From contig JANPEF010000082.1 of NCBI GenBank assembly GCA_031431875.1, positions 16,994 to 80,993 of the forward strand: a stretch of 64,000 nucleotides of DNA, given 5' to 3'. Positions 51,811 through 61,661 of this stretch are shown here, piece after piece (position 1 is the stretch's first letter; the number at the start of each line of letters is the position of its first letter). Made by a program: the position numbers and the translations under genes. Below the pieces are notes generated by a model. The model was not told the DNA's origin and did no database searches. It saw nothing but the letters and a program-made list of their open reading frames with translations. The DNA is from Candidatus Eiseniibacteriota bacterium. GTDB lineage: Bacteria; Eisenbacteria; RBG-16-71-46; DASYSL01.

Positions 51811-54150
51811 ATGCCGCTTGCCCTCTGGGGCGCCACGCTGTGCGTTTCGCTCGGCGCCCTGATCATCCTGCTCGGCATCGCGATCTTTCGCGAGGACCCG
51901 CGCCAGCGGCCCAACCGCTGGGCCGCGCTCATGCTGTCGTTCGGCGGCCTGGGCGCACTCCTCGTCGGACTCGCGTTGGCCGCCGAGGGCTCGCAGGCGA
52001 AGGGCGCGGTCGTCACCACCGACGCGGTCCACTACTTCTCGTACCTGTGGGAGTTTTTCTTCCCCGCGCTGCTCCTCTTCGTGCTGGTGTTCCCGCGCGA
52101 ACCGCGCTGGTTCCGCCGCGTGCCGTTCTTCGAGATCCTCGTCTTCACGCCCTACCTCTTCCACCTGCTGCTCACCGCCGCGGCGCGCCTGTCCAACGAA
52201 ACGTTCTGGATTGCGGACGTCGCCTCGCGCAGCGGCTGGGCCTCGCCGCTCCTGTCGACCATGCGCGTCGCGTTGGGCCTGCTCTACGACGCGCACACGG
52301 TCCTGTTCTCGCTGGTCAACCTGGCGTACGTCGTGGTCACGCTTCTCGTCCTGGGCGTGCGCCTGCGCGAGGTGACGAGCCCGCGCTTGCGCGACCAGCT
52401 GCGCGCCATCTCGATCGGGCTGGGCGCCTGTCTCGTCCTCTACTCGCTCGCGGTGCCGCTGCCCACGCTGTTCGGCGTCGGCGCGCGGGCGGGCCAGGCG
52501 TTCCGCTCGGGGCTGCTGGTCTTGGCGCTGACCGTCGGCTCGGGCTCGATCGCCTACGCGATCGTGCGTTACCGCTTCCTCGACGCCGGCTTCCTGGTCC
52601 GCCGCTCGATCCTGTTCCTGCTGCCGGCGCTGGGAATGATTCTCGTCTACCTGGGCCTGTCGTCGATGATCACCAGCTTCCTCGGCCGCTGGTCGGGTCT
52701 CGATCCCCGGCTGGCGCAGCCGCTGTTGTTGCTGCTGCTGGTCAGCGTGCTGCCGCCGGTCGTCTCGCGCCTCGAGGAGGTGGCCGAGGGCTACCTGTCG
52801 CGCGACCGGCGCGAGGGCCGCACCGTCATCCAGAACCTGTCGCGGGACATCGTCACCGAGCTCGACCTGTCGGCGCTGGCCGGGCGCCTGACCAGCGCGG
52901 TGGGCGAGACGCTGCTGCTCGAGCGCTGCGTGCTGTTCCGCCGCGAGGGCGAGGGCTTCGTCACCGTGGCCGCGTTCGATCGGCCCGGCGGCGTGCGCGT
53001 CGGCGAGGCGCTGAGCGGCGAGCTGGGCCTGGTCGCCTGGGCCCACGCGCTGCGCGCCGAGATGCTGGGCCCCGGCCCCACGCTGGCGAGCCAGATCACC
53101 GACGGCTGGCCCTCCGAGCGCGCCGAAGAAGCGGCCCGCATCGTCGGCGCGGCCAGGACGCTCGACATCACGCTGCTCGTGCCCGTGCGCCATCGCGACG
53201 AGGTGCTCGGCGCGATCGCGCTCGGGCGCAAGCTGACCGGCGCACGGTTCCTGCGCGAGGATTTGTTTCTCCTTGAGACTCTCGCAAACCAGACGGGAGC
53301 CGCGATGCGTACCGCATCGCTTTATAGCGAGAGCCTGCGCCGCGCCGCGCTCGAGGAGGAGCTGTCACTGGCCCGCCAGATCCAGCGCGGCTACCTGCCG
53401 CGCGCGTTTCCGCGCTGGGACAACCTCGAGATCTTCGGCATGAACCAGTCGTCGAAGCAAGTGGGCGGCGATTACTTCGACCTGATGGACACCGACGACG
53501 GCGTGCTCTGTGCGATCGCCGACGTCTCGGGCAAGGGCGTGCCCGGCGCGCTGGTCATGAGCATGATCCAGGCGTCGTTGCGGACCCAGGCCGGCGAGGG
53601 CCGCGCCGTGTCGGACATCCTCGAGCGCGTCAACCGCCTTCTCCTGTCGCGCGCCGAGTCGGGCATGTTCGCCACCGGCTTCCTGGCCAAGCTCGATCGC
53701 GCGACGATGGAGCTGCGCTACTGCAACGCGGGCCACAACCCGCCTTTCCTGCAGCGTGCCGACGGCCGCATCGAGATCCTGCACATGGGTGGCCTCCTGC
53801 TCGGCGTGTTCGAGGATCCGCGGCTCGAGGAGGGCATGGTCACGCTCGAGCCCGGCGATCGCGTGCTGTGCTACACCGACGGCGTGACCGAGGCGCGCTC
53901 GCCGGACGGCGAGTTCTTCGACGAGGAGCGCCTGAGTGACCTGATGCGCGCGCTGCCGCGCGACCACTCCGCCGAGGAGGTCGCCCGCGCCATCCACGAC
54001 GCGGTCTACGCGTTCTCGCAGAGCGAGGACCTCGAGGACGACATGACGCTGGTCGTCCTGCGCGTGCCGGCCCACGCCGCCGTCGCCATCGACGTCGATG
54101 CGGCGGCAAGCCTCGCCGAGCCGGCGCTTACGCCCGGCGACGGCGCCTGA
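51811..54150 (+). CDS. Membrane-bound RsbU/SpoIIE-family PP2C phosphatase with GAF domain
   Basis: Multi-TM N-terminus, GAF (F..ED..LL..LA.Q), ARQIQ, VGGDYFD, IADVSGKG, NAGH, YTDG, DDMT. Confidence 0.92.
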   Translation: MPLALWGATLCVSLGALIILLGIAIFREDPRQRPNRWAALMLSFGGLGALLVGLALAAEGSQAKGAVVTTDAVHYFSYLWEFFFPALLLFVLVFPREPRWFRRVPFFEILVFTPYLFHLLLTAAARLSNETFWIADVASRSGWASPLLSTMRVALGLLYDAHTVLFSLVNLAYVVVTLLVLGVRLREVTSPRLRDQLRAISIGLGACLVLYSLAVPLPTLFGVGARAGQAFRSGLLVLALTVGSGSIAYAIVRYRFLDAGFLVRRSILFLLPALGMILVYLGLSSMITSFLGRWSGLDPRLAQPLLLLLLVSVLPPVVSRLEEVAEGYLSRDRREGRTVIQNLSRDIVTELDLSALAGRLTSAVGETLLLERCVLFRREGEGFVTVAAFDRPGGVRVGEALSGELGLVAWAHALRAEMLGPGPTLASQITDGWPSERAEEAARIVGAARTLDITLLVPVRHRDEVLGAIALGRKLTGARFLREDLFLLETLANQTGAAMRTASLYSESLRRAALEEELSLARQIQRGYLPRAFPRWDNLEIFGMNQSSKQVGGDYFDLMDTDDGVLCAIADVSGKGVPGALVMSMIQASLRTQAGEGRAVSDILERVNRLLLSRAESGMFATGFLAKLDRATMELRYCNAGHNPPFLQRADGRIEILHMGGLLLGVFEDPRLEEGMVTLEPGDRVLCYTDGVTEARSPDGEFFDEERLSDLMRALPRDHSAEEVARAIHDAVYAFSQSEDLEDDMTLVVLRVPAHAAVAIDVDAAASLAEPALTPGDGA

Positions 54151-54172
54151 CCGGCCCCGGGCGCCCCACTCC

Positions 54173-54709
54173 GTGCCGCCGCTCTTCGATCATCTGGCCG
54201 TCTTCGTCCTCTACCTGTTCGTCGACGCGCTGGCGCTCCCCATCGCCTCGACGCTCTACGTCGCCTATATGGGTGAGCGCCACGCCCCTCTGCTCGTCGC
54301 CGTCCTCGGAGCGCTGGGCACGACCGCAGGCTCGGTAGCGCAGTACCTGGTCGTCCGCTGGCTGCTCGCCCACCCGACGCTGCAATGGGGCTGGCTGGTG
54401 CGCCTGCGCGCGCGCGTCGGCGGCCTCGTCGCGGGCTCGGGCCACGCGACGTTCTGGACGCTGTTCATGATCTACGCCACACCGCTGGGCGCGGGGCCGC
54501 TGCGCCTGGTCGCCGCCGCCGGCGGCTATCCGCTGCCGAAGTTCGCCGCCGCGATCGCGTTGGGCTGCCTGCCCTACTACGCGGCAGTCGCGTGGCTGGG
54601 CGATGCGATGAAGCTTCCGGCGTGGCTCTACGCCGTCGCCATCGTGGCGACGATCGCGCTCGTGGCGGTCGTGTGGATGGCGCGTCAGGCGCGGGAGCGG
54701 GCGACGTGA
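54173..54709 (+). CDS. DedA/VTT-domain membrane protein
   Basis: Hydrophobic segments, GTTAGS..Y, TPL...R pattern; start approximate. Confidence 0.7.
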   Translation: MPPLFDHLAVFVLYLFVDALALPIASTLYVAYMGERHAPLLVAVLGALGTTAGSVAQYLVVRWLLAHPTLQWGWLVRLRARVGGLVAGSGHATFWTLFMIYATPLGAGPLRLVAAAGGYPLPKFAAAIALGCLPYYAAVAWLGDAMKLPAWLYAVAIVATIALVAVVWMARQARERAT

Positions 54710-56754
54710 GCCGCCGACCCGTGTCGCGCGCGACCGTCCACGTCGGGATCGACACCGGCGGCACGTTCACCGATTTCCTCGTCGTCCACGCCGGGTCCGC
54801 CTTCCGCTTCAAGGTGCCATCCACGCCGGCGGATCCGTCGCTCGCATTCCATCGCGGACTGGCGGAGGCGGCGCGCAGGCTGCTCGCCTCCGGCGTGGAT
54901 GTCGCCGCGACCCGTCCATGGGAGGTGGCGCACGGCTTCACCGTGGCGACAAATGCGCTCCTGTCGCGCACCGGCGCGCGCGTCGCGTTCGTGGCGACGT
55001 CGGGGTTCGCGGACCTGCTCACCATCGGCCGCCAGGAGCGGCCGGTGCTGTATGCGCTGCGCCCCGAGCGGGCGCCCTCGCTGATCGCCGACGGCGGGTG
55101 CGCGACGGCCGAGGCCGAGCAGCGTACCGGGCCATCCGGGGAGACGCTGCGGGCGCTCCGTCCGGCCGCGCTGGCCCGCCTCGTGCGCAACGTGCGCGCG
55201 CTGCGTCCCGAGGCGGTGGCCGTCACGTTGCTGCACTCCTATGCCGCCGCCGGGCCGGAGCGCGCGGTGGGCCGCGCGCTGGCGCGGGCCTTGCCCGGTG
55301 TGCCGATCGCCCTGTCGCACGAAGTGGTGCGCCGCCACCGCGAGGTCGAGCGCGCCTCGACCACGGTGGTGAACGCCTACGTCGCGCCGCTCGTGCAGCG
55401 CTACTTGAAGACGCTCGATGCGCCGCGCGCCCATCGCCTGCGGGTCATGCAGTCGAACGGCGGTACCGCGCCTGCGGCGCACACCGCGCACTATCCCGTG
55501 CACACCGTGCTGTCGGGGCCGGCCGGCGGCGTGCTCGGCGCGGCGCGGCTGGGCCGGGAGGCGAAGCGCGACATGCTGCTCACGCTCGACATCGGCGGTA
55601 CCTCGACCGATGTCGCGCTCGTCGCGGGCACACCGACGACCACGCGCGAAGCGATGATCGGCGGTGCGCCGATCGCGATCCCCATGCTCGACGTGCACAC
55701 GGTCGGCGCCGGCGGCGGCTCGATCGCGTCGGTCGACGCCGGCGGCGCGCTGGTCGTCGGTCCGCGCTCCGCGGGCGCCGACCCGGGCCCCGCGTGCTAC
55801 GGCCGCGGCGGGCCGGCCACGGTGACCGACGCGCAGGTCGTGCTCGGGCGCATTCCGCTTGGGCACTTTCTCGACGGGGCGATGGCGCTCGATGCCGGCG
55901 CGTCGTGGCGGGTGATGACGGAGCTGGGGCGCGCGCTGTGCATGCGGGGCGGCGTGCGTGCCGCAGCGACAGCCGCGGCCACGGGCGTGATTGCCGTCGC
56001 CGACGCGACCATCGAGCGCGCGCTTCGCCTGATCTCGGTCGAGCGCGGTCACGACGTGCGCCTGGCGACGTTGGTCGCCTTCGGCGGGGCGGGGCCGCTC
56101 CACGCCTGCGCCTTGGCCGACGCGCTGGGTGCTTCGAGCGTGCTCGTGCCACCCGATGCCGGCGTCCTCTCGGCGTGGGGCCTGCTCGGCGCCGACGAGC
56201 GCCACGATGCGTCGCGCACCGTGTTGTGGCGGCTGGAGGCGGGTGCGGCGTGGCCGCGCACTGCGGCGGCGCGCGAGCTGGGCGCGCTCGCAGCCGCGCT
56301 GGTGCGCGCCCACGGGCGCGACGTCGCATGGCGATTGCAGGGGAGCTGGGCGCTGCGCTACCGCGGCCAGTCGTTCGAGCTCGACGTGCCTGCGGGCGCG
56401 GCCGGCCACGCCGCGGCGGCGCGCGATCCGCCCCCTGCGTTCGCGCGGCTGCACGAGCGACGCGTCGGCTACGCACGACCCGGGGAGGCGATCGAGGTCG
56501 TCGACGTGGCGCTGACGATCGCCCGGCCCGGCCCGCGGCTGCCGGCGCTGCGCGTGCCGCGGCGCACGCTCACCGGGGCGCGGCTCGAGCCCGGCCTGTG
56601 GCGGCGCGAGGCACTGGGGCGCGACGCTTCGATCAAGGGCCCCGCGCGCGTCGTCGAGTACGGCGCGACGACGTGGGTGCCCGCCGGCTGGCGCGGCACG
56701 ATCGACGCGCACGGGAACCTCGTGCTCGTGCGCGGCACGCGGAGGCCGCGATGA
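54706..56754 (+). CDS. Hydantoinase/5-oxoprolinase subunit A
   Basis: GIDTGGTFTD, ATNALL, SGPAGG, DIGGTSTD, GAGGGS, SAGADPGPACY, AFGGAGPLHA. Confidence 0.93.
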   Translation: MSRRPVSRATVHVGIDTGGTFTDFLVVHAGSAFRFKVPSTPADPSLAFHRGLAEAARRLLASGVDVAATRPWEVAHGFTVATNALLSRTGARVAFVATSGFADLLTIGRQERPVLYALRPERAPSLIADGGCATAEAEQRTGPSGETLRALRPAALARLVRNVRALRPEAVAVTLLHSYAAAGPERAVGRALARALPGVPIALSHEVVRRHREVERASTTVVNAYVAPLVQRYLKTLDAPRAHRLRVMQSNGGTAPAAHTAHYPVHTVLSGPAGGVLGAARLGREAKRDMLLTLDIGGTSTDVALVAGTPTTTREAMIGGAPIAIPMLDVHTVGAGGGSIASVDAGGALVVGPRSAGADPGPACYGRGGPATVTDAQVVLGRIPLGHFLDGAMALDAGASWRVMTELGRALCMRGGVRAAATAAATGVIAVADATIERALRLISVERGHDVRLATLVAFGGAGPLHACALADALGASSVLVPPDAGVLSAWGLLGADERHDASRTVLWRLEAGAAWPRTAAARELGALAAALVRAHGRDVAWRLQGSWALRYRGQSFELDVPAGAAGHAAAARDPPPAFARLHERRVGYARPGEAIEVVDVALTIARPGPRLPALRVPRRTLTGARLEPGLWRREALGRDASIKGPARVVEYGATTWVPAGWRGTIDAHGNLVLVRGTRRPR

Positions 56755-58370
56755 AGCGCATTCGCAAGGTCGACCCGGTCAAGCTCTCGATCTATCACCA
56801 CCTCCTGTCCGCCTGCGCCGAGGAGATGGGCGTCGTGCTGGGACGCGCGGCGAGCTCGGCGAACATCAAGGAGCGCCGCGACTACTCGTGCGCCGTGTTC
56901 GATCACGCCGGTCGCATGGTTGCCCAGGCGGCGCACATCCCGGTGCACCTGGGCTCGATGCCGCTGTCGGTCGAGGCGGCGCTCAGGCGCGGCCCGCTCG
57001 AGCCCGGCGATGCAATCCTGGTCAACGATCCCTACGAGGGCGGAACGCACCTGCCCGACATCACGCTCGTCGCACCGGTGTTCCTGCCGGGCGAGAAGCG
57101 GGCGCGGTTCTACGTCGCGAACCGCGCGCACCACGCCGACGTGGGCGGGATGAGCCCGGGCTCGCTACCCCTGGCGACCGAGCTGGTTCAGGAAGGCGTG
57201 CGCATCCCGCCGGTTCACATCGTCCGCCGTGGCGTCGTGCAGGCCGACCTGTGGCGGCTGATCTGCGCCAACGTGCGTACGCCCGACGAGCGCCAGGCCG
57301 ATCTCGAGGCGCAACTCGGGGCGGCAGCAACCGGTGCGAAGCGACTCGCCGAGCTGGCGGAGCGGAGTGGGGTTTCCGAACTCTCCGAGTATGTCGAACA
57401 CCTGTATGACTACGCCGAGCGGGGGGTGCGGGCGGTCCTGTCGTCCATCAAGCCCGGCCGCTACGCGGCCGTGGACTGGTTGGACGGCGACGGCGTGGGC
57501 GGCACACGGATCCCGATCCGCGTCGCGATCACCGTGCACCGCGGCGGCCGCGCCACCATCGACTTCACCGGCAGTGCGCCGCAGGTCGACGGGCCGCTGA
57601 ACGCGGTCGCCTCGATCACGCTCTCGGCGGTGCTCTACGTGTTCCGCTGCCTCGCGGGCTCCGACCTGCCGACCAACGCGGGATGCCTGCGCCCTCTGGA
57701 CATGATCGCGCCCGCCGGCACGATCGTCGCGGCGCGCCCGCCGGCGGCGGTCTCGAGCGGCAACGTCGAGACATCCCAGAGAATCACGGATGTGTTGCTC
57801 GCCGCGCTTGCGCGCGCACTGCCGGCGCGCGTTCCTGCCGCGAGCTACGGCACGATGAACAACGTTTTGATCGGTGGCGCCGATGGCGCCGGCTCTCCCT
57901 TCGCGTACTACGAGACGCTGGGCGGCGGCCACGGCGGCGGGCCCGACGGCCCCGGTGCCTCCGGCATGCAGGCGCACATGACGAACACGCTCAACACGCC
58001 GATCGAGGCGTTCGAACACCTCTTCCCCATGCGCGTGTGGCGGTACGCGCTACGGCGGAGCAGCGGGGGTGCAGGGAAGCATCGCGGCGGCGAGGGGCTG
58101 GTGCGCGAGATCGAGCTGCTCGTCCCGGCAACCGTCACCGTGATCTCGGAGCGGCGGGTGCTGGCTCCACCAGGGTTGGCGGGCGGCGGGCCGGGCAAGC
58201 GCGGGCGGAACGCGCGGGTCGTAGCCGGCAAGACGGCCCGTGGCCGCGTCGAGGAGCTCCCGGGCAAGTTCCAGAAGCGCTTCGAGGCAGGGGATGTGCT
58301 GATCGTCGAGTCGCCGGGTGGCGGGGGATGGGGGCGGGGCGCAGGCTCGAGGCGAGGCCGGCGGAGTTAG
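56751..58370 (+). CDS. Hydantoinase B/oxoprolinase subunit
   Basis: NIKERRDYSCA, HIPVHLGSM, NDPYEGGTHLPD, HHADVGG, YYETLGGG, NTLNTPIE, PGGGGWG. Confidence 0.94.
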   Translation: MKRIRKVDPVKLSIYHHLLSACAEEMGVVLGRAASSANIKERRDYSCAVFDHAGRMVAQAAHIPVHLGSMPLSVEAALRRGPLEPGDAILVNDPYEGGTHLPDITLVAPVFLPGEKRARFYVANRAHHADVGGMSPGSLPLATELVQEGVRIPPVHIVRRGVVQADLWRLICANVRTPDERQADLEAQLGAAATGAKRLAELAERSGVSELSEYVEHLYDYAERGVRAVLSSIKPGRYAAVDWLDGDGVGGTRIPIRVAITVHRGGRATIDFTGSAPQVDGPLNAVASITLSAVLYVFRCLAGSDLPTNAGCLRPLDMIAPAGTIVAARPPAAVSSGNVETSQRITDVLLAALARALPARVPAASYGTMNNVLIGGADGAGSPFAYYETLGGGHGGGPDGPGASGMQAHMTNTLNTPIEAFEHLFPMRVWRYALRRSSGGAGKHRGGEGLVREIELLVPATVTVISERRVLAPPGLAGGGPGKRGRNARVVAGKTARGRVEELPGKFQKRFEAGDVLIVESPGGGGWGRGAGSRRGRRS

Positions 58371-58374
58371 CCGT

Positions 58375-58529
58375 TTCACCTGCCCGGGGCAGGTGAATTT
58401 GCACATCGTTCGATCGACGTCGCGGCAACTTGCGCCAGCGCAAGTGCGATTTCAACTGTCCCCGGGGACAGTTCAAGCAGGAACACGTGCACGTGCAATA
58501 CGACTCGTCCCGGGACGAGTCGTATTGCA
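58375..58529. repeat. Cluster of five palindromes (REP-like)
   Basis: Inverted repeats at 58375-58397, 58428-58445, 58454-58473, 58484-58495 and 58494-58529. Confidence 0.85.
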
Positions 58530-58549
58530 GCTCAGCGGAGGAAACCCCC

Positions 58550-59743
58550 ATGAACATCGGCATCGTCGGCTGCGGGATCTTCGGCGCATCGGCCGCGCTC
58601 GTGCTGGCGCAGCGTGGGCACCAGGTCACCGCGTTCGACCGCGGCGGGCCGCCGGCCGACGATGCGGCGAGCAACGATCGCTCGAAGGTGCTGCGCTTCG
58701 AGTACGGCGAGCACTGTGCCTTGTACGTGCCCCTGGTCGAGGAGTCGCGCGCCGCATACCGCGACCTCGAAGCGACGCATGGCGCGCCGCTGTACGTCGA
58801 GACCGGCGTTCTGGCCCTGGCCCGCGCCTTCGGCGTGTCGCGACACGAGCGGCAGTCGTACGACTTCCTGCGCGCGGCGGGCCGGCCGATCGCGCTGCTC
58901 GATCCGCGCGTCGCCGAGCGGCGTTTCCCGCAGTTCGCCTGGGAAGGAATCAGTGCCGCAACCTGGAATCCCGAGGGCGGCTACGTGCGCGCCGCCGAGG
59001 CCACGCGAGCGACGGTCGCGGCCGCCCGCGCGCTGGGCGCCGACATCCGGGGCAACGCAACCGTGGCCGAGATCGACGAGCGGCCCGGGGCGGCGATCGT
59101 CGAACTCGAGGAGGGTGACGCACACGAGTTCGACCGCGTGCTCGTCTGCGGCGGTCCGTGGCTCGGCCGCTTCCTCCCGGCGGAGGCGGTCGCCGCGCGC
59201 GTGCGCCCGACGCGCCAGTTCGTCTCGTACTACCGCCCGCCGTCGGAGACGCTTGCCGCGCTGTTCGCGCCGGCGCCCGCTCCCGGCCCGGACCCGACCG
59301 CCTTTCCGGTCTGGATGCACGATATCGTCGACTCGGGTTGGTACGGCATGCCGCTGCAGGACGGGCTGCTCAAGGTCGCCCGCCACGCGCCCGGCGAGGA
59401 CGCCGACCCCGACACGCCGCGCGTGGTCACCGATGCCGATCGCGAACTCAGCCGCGCCTTCGTCGTCGCAAACGTGCCGGCGATCCGGCCCGAGTGGTAC
59501 GCCGAGGACCTCGGCTGCCTCTATGCGATGACCGACGACGGTCACTTTCTCGTCGATCGCGTGCCGGGTGCCGCTTCATTGTTCGTCGCGGGTGGGGGAT
59601 CGGGCCACGGCTTCAAGATGGGCCCCGCGGTCGGGCGCATGGCGGCGGATTGCGTCGAGGCAGGCGGGGCGGCAGAGGTTGGCGTCGCCAAGGTGGCCGC
59701 GGAGTTTCGGGCGGATGCGGTAAGGGCCGGGCGGGTGGCGTAG
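58550..59743 (+). CDS. FAD-dependent oxidoreductase, monomeric sarcosine oxidase / fructosyl-amino-acid oxidase-like
   Basis: GIVGCGIFG, AASND.SK, CLY..T.DGHF.VD, GSGHGFKMGP; GGAGG RBS. Confidence 0.88.
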   Translation: MNIGIVGCGIFGASAALVLAQRGHQVTAFDRGGPPADDAASNDRSKVLRFEYGEHCALYVPLVEESRAAYRDLEATHGAPLYVETGVLALARAFGVSRHERQSYDFLRAAGRPIALLDPRVAERRFPQFAWEGISAATWNPEGGYVRAAEATRATVAAARALGADIRGNATVAEIDERPGAAIVELEEGDAHEFDRVLVCGGPWLGRFLPAEAVAARVRPTRQFVSYYRPPSETLAALFAPAPAPGPDPTAFPVWMHDIVDSGWYGMPLQDGLLKVARHAPGEDADPDTPRVVTDADRELSRAFVVANVPAIRPEWYAEDLGCLYAMTDDGHFLVDRVPGAASLFVAGGGSGHGFKMGPAVGRMAADCVEAGGAAEVGVAKVAAEFRADAVRAGRVA

Positions 59744-59813
59744 CGACCCCGGGATGCGCTGGCGCCTCGCGCCCGGATGCGCCATGGTGGCGCGGCCCGA
59801 AAGGAGGCCCTCC

Positions 59814-60749
59814 ATGTCCTGCCTTCCCCTGCGCCACGCCCTTGCGGCCTGTGCGCTCGTACTGTTCGCCGCTCCTGCCCTCGCGATGCCCGCCGCCCCC
59901 AGTGGCCCCGGCATCACGTTCACGACGCCCGCTGGCGCGCGCCTCTGGTACGAAGTGCGCGGCTCGACTGCCGGCCGGCCGCTCGTCATGGTCAATGGCG
60001 GGCCCGGTTTCGATCACACCTACGTCCTCTGCTCCGACGCGTGGGATACGCTCGCGCGCTCGCGCCGCGTCGTGTTCTACGACCAGCGCGGCAATGGGCG
60101 CTCGGGCGCCCTGGCGAAAGGCCAGAGCTGCACGGTCGCCGACCAGGTGGCCGATCTCGAGGCGCTGCGCGTGAAGCTGGGTGCGAACTCGATCGACCTG
60201 CTCGGCCACTCGTGGGGCGGCTACCTGGTCATGGCCTACGCCGCGAGGCACCCCGAGCGGGTCGCGCACCTGACCATCGTCGACTCGGCATCGCCGAAGT
60301 GGACGGACACGGACTTCATCTTCAAGTACGTGTTTCCCGAAGCCATGGACCGTCAGGGCGCGCTCGACTTCTTCGATGGCGTGGGGGACAGCGCCGCAGG
60401 CAAGGCGAGCCTCCGGGAGTACCTGGGCATGCTGTTCGTCTCGGAGGAGAAGCGGGACGAGTTCCTGTCACGGGCTGCGACCTACTCGTACACCCGCTCG
60501 GTCAACGAGATCCTCAACGCCGATCTTGGCAAGCTCGACATGTGGCCCGTCCTGTCGTCGCTCACAATGCCGACGCTGGTGGCGACCGGGCGCTACGACA
60601 TCAACGTCGCGCCGAGCACGGCGTGGAAGATCCACAAGGCGATTCCGGCGTCGCGCTGGGTCGTCTTCGAGAGGAGCGGGCACCTGCCTTACTTCGAGGA
60701 GCCCGAGAAGTTCGTGCAGGTGGTGAACGAGTTCCTGGGGAGCCCGTAG
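59814..60749 (+). CDS. Exported alpha/beta hydrolase, proline iminopeptidase-like
   Basis: Signal peptide, NGGPG, YDQRGNGRS, GHSWGG, G.YD, SGH; AAGGAGG RBS. Confidence 0.88.
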   Translation: MSCLPLRHALAACALVLFAAPALAMPAAPSGPGITFTTPAGARLWYEVRGSTAGRPLVMVNGGPGFDHTYVLCSDAWDTLARSRRVVFYDQRGNGRSGALAKGQSCTVADQVADLEALRVKLGANSIDLLGHSWGGYLVMAYAARHPERVAHLTIVDSASPKWTDTDFIFKYVFPEAMDRQGALDFFDGVGDSAAGKASLREYLGMLFVSEEKRDEFLSRAATYSYTRSVNEILNADLGKLDMWPVLSSLTMPTLVATGRYDINVAPSTAWKIHKAIPASRWVVFERSGHLPYFEEPEKFVQVVNEFLGSP

Positions 60750-60752
60750 CCG

Positions 60753-61661
60753 TCAGCGGGGAGACTTGCTGGGGCTGAACTCGTTCGCTTCGCCCTCGAC
60801 CGGCACGGCGCACACGTTCCGCCCACCGGTCGGGTTCAACCACCGCTCGATTTCCACACGATAGCCCTCGTTCGGCGTGGGTCCCCGGCCATAGACGCGG
60901 ACCTTCACCCGGCAGAAGCGATTTCCGTCGTGCAGCCGGGCGAAGGCAGTGAAGTTGGAGACGTTTCCTTCCGTGGACAGGATCGCGATGTAGCCCGTCT
61001 CCGGGGCGAGGCAGCGCGCCGCGAGAGGATCGATCTCGTTCGCGGCGGGCGGCAGCCGATCGGTCGCAATCCCGGCCTGCCCCAGCCCGAGAAGGACCAC
61101 GCGATCCGGGGCCGCGCTGTCGATCCGAAACACGAAGTCCGCCGCAGCCGCATCGTCCACCACGGTGTCCCGCACCAGATCGAAGAAGACCTCCGAGCTC
61201 GAGTCGGCCAGGTCAAAGCCGATCTCCCCGCGATGGGTCACTTCTCCGGGAGCCGCCGGCGACGTCGGCAGGACGACGTCATCCTCGCCGAGCTTCACCC
61301 GGAAGATCGTCGCGTAGCCCGGCGCGCGCGCCGAGATCCGGGAGTTGGCGAGTCGCTGGTAGCGGACGACGAACTGCCCGTCGGTGTCCGTCGTGGCGAC
61401 CCCGTGCGAGATCTCCCCCACGATCGAGGGATTCCACTTTTCAGTCAGGGAGTGGACGACGACGGTCGCCCCCGTGACGCCCATGCCGGTCGTGGCGTCG
61501 ACGATGCGACCGTTGGTCTCCTCGACTTCGATCTGGCCCGTCACCCAGGCGATGAACGCACGACCCTTCTGCGTGCGCGAGTAGGAGAACAGGAACACGG
61601 CCGCAATCGCCAGGAGGACGAGCAGTCCGATCAGGCGGGCTCGCAGGGGGCCGAAGTTCAT
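60753..61661 (-). CDS. Membrane-anchored protein with carboxypeptidase-regulatory-like Ig domain
   Basis: N-terminal TM; GRIVDATTG..V.GATV, TTDTDGQF, APGY. Confidence 0.65.
   Translation of the reverse strand: MNFGPLRARLIGLLVLLAIAAVFLFSYSRTQKGRAFIAWVTGQIEVEETNGRIVDATTGMGVTGATVVVHSLTEKWNPSIVGEISHGVATTDTDGQFVVRYQRLANSRISARAPGYATIFRVKLGEDDVVLPTSPAAPGEVTHRGEIGFDLADSSSEVFFDLVRDTVVDDAAAADFVFRIDSAAPDRVVLLGLGQAGIATDRLPPAANEIDPLAARCLAPETGYIAILSTEGNVSNFTAFARLHDGNRFCRVKVRVYGRGPTPNEGYRVEIERWLNPTGGRNVCAVPVEGEANEFSPSKSPR

Noticed and set aside
58375..58529. Possible CRISPR array
   Set aside because: Units are non-identical and irregularly spaced, and no cas genes are present
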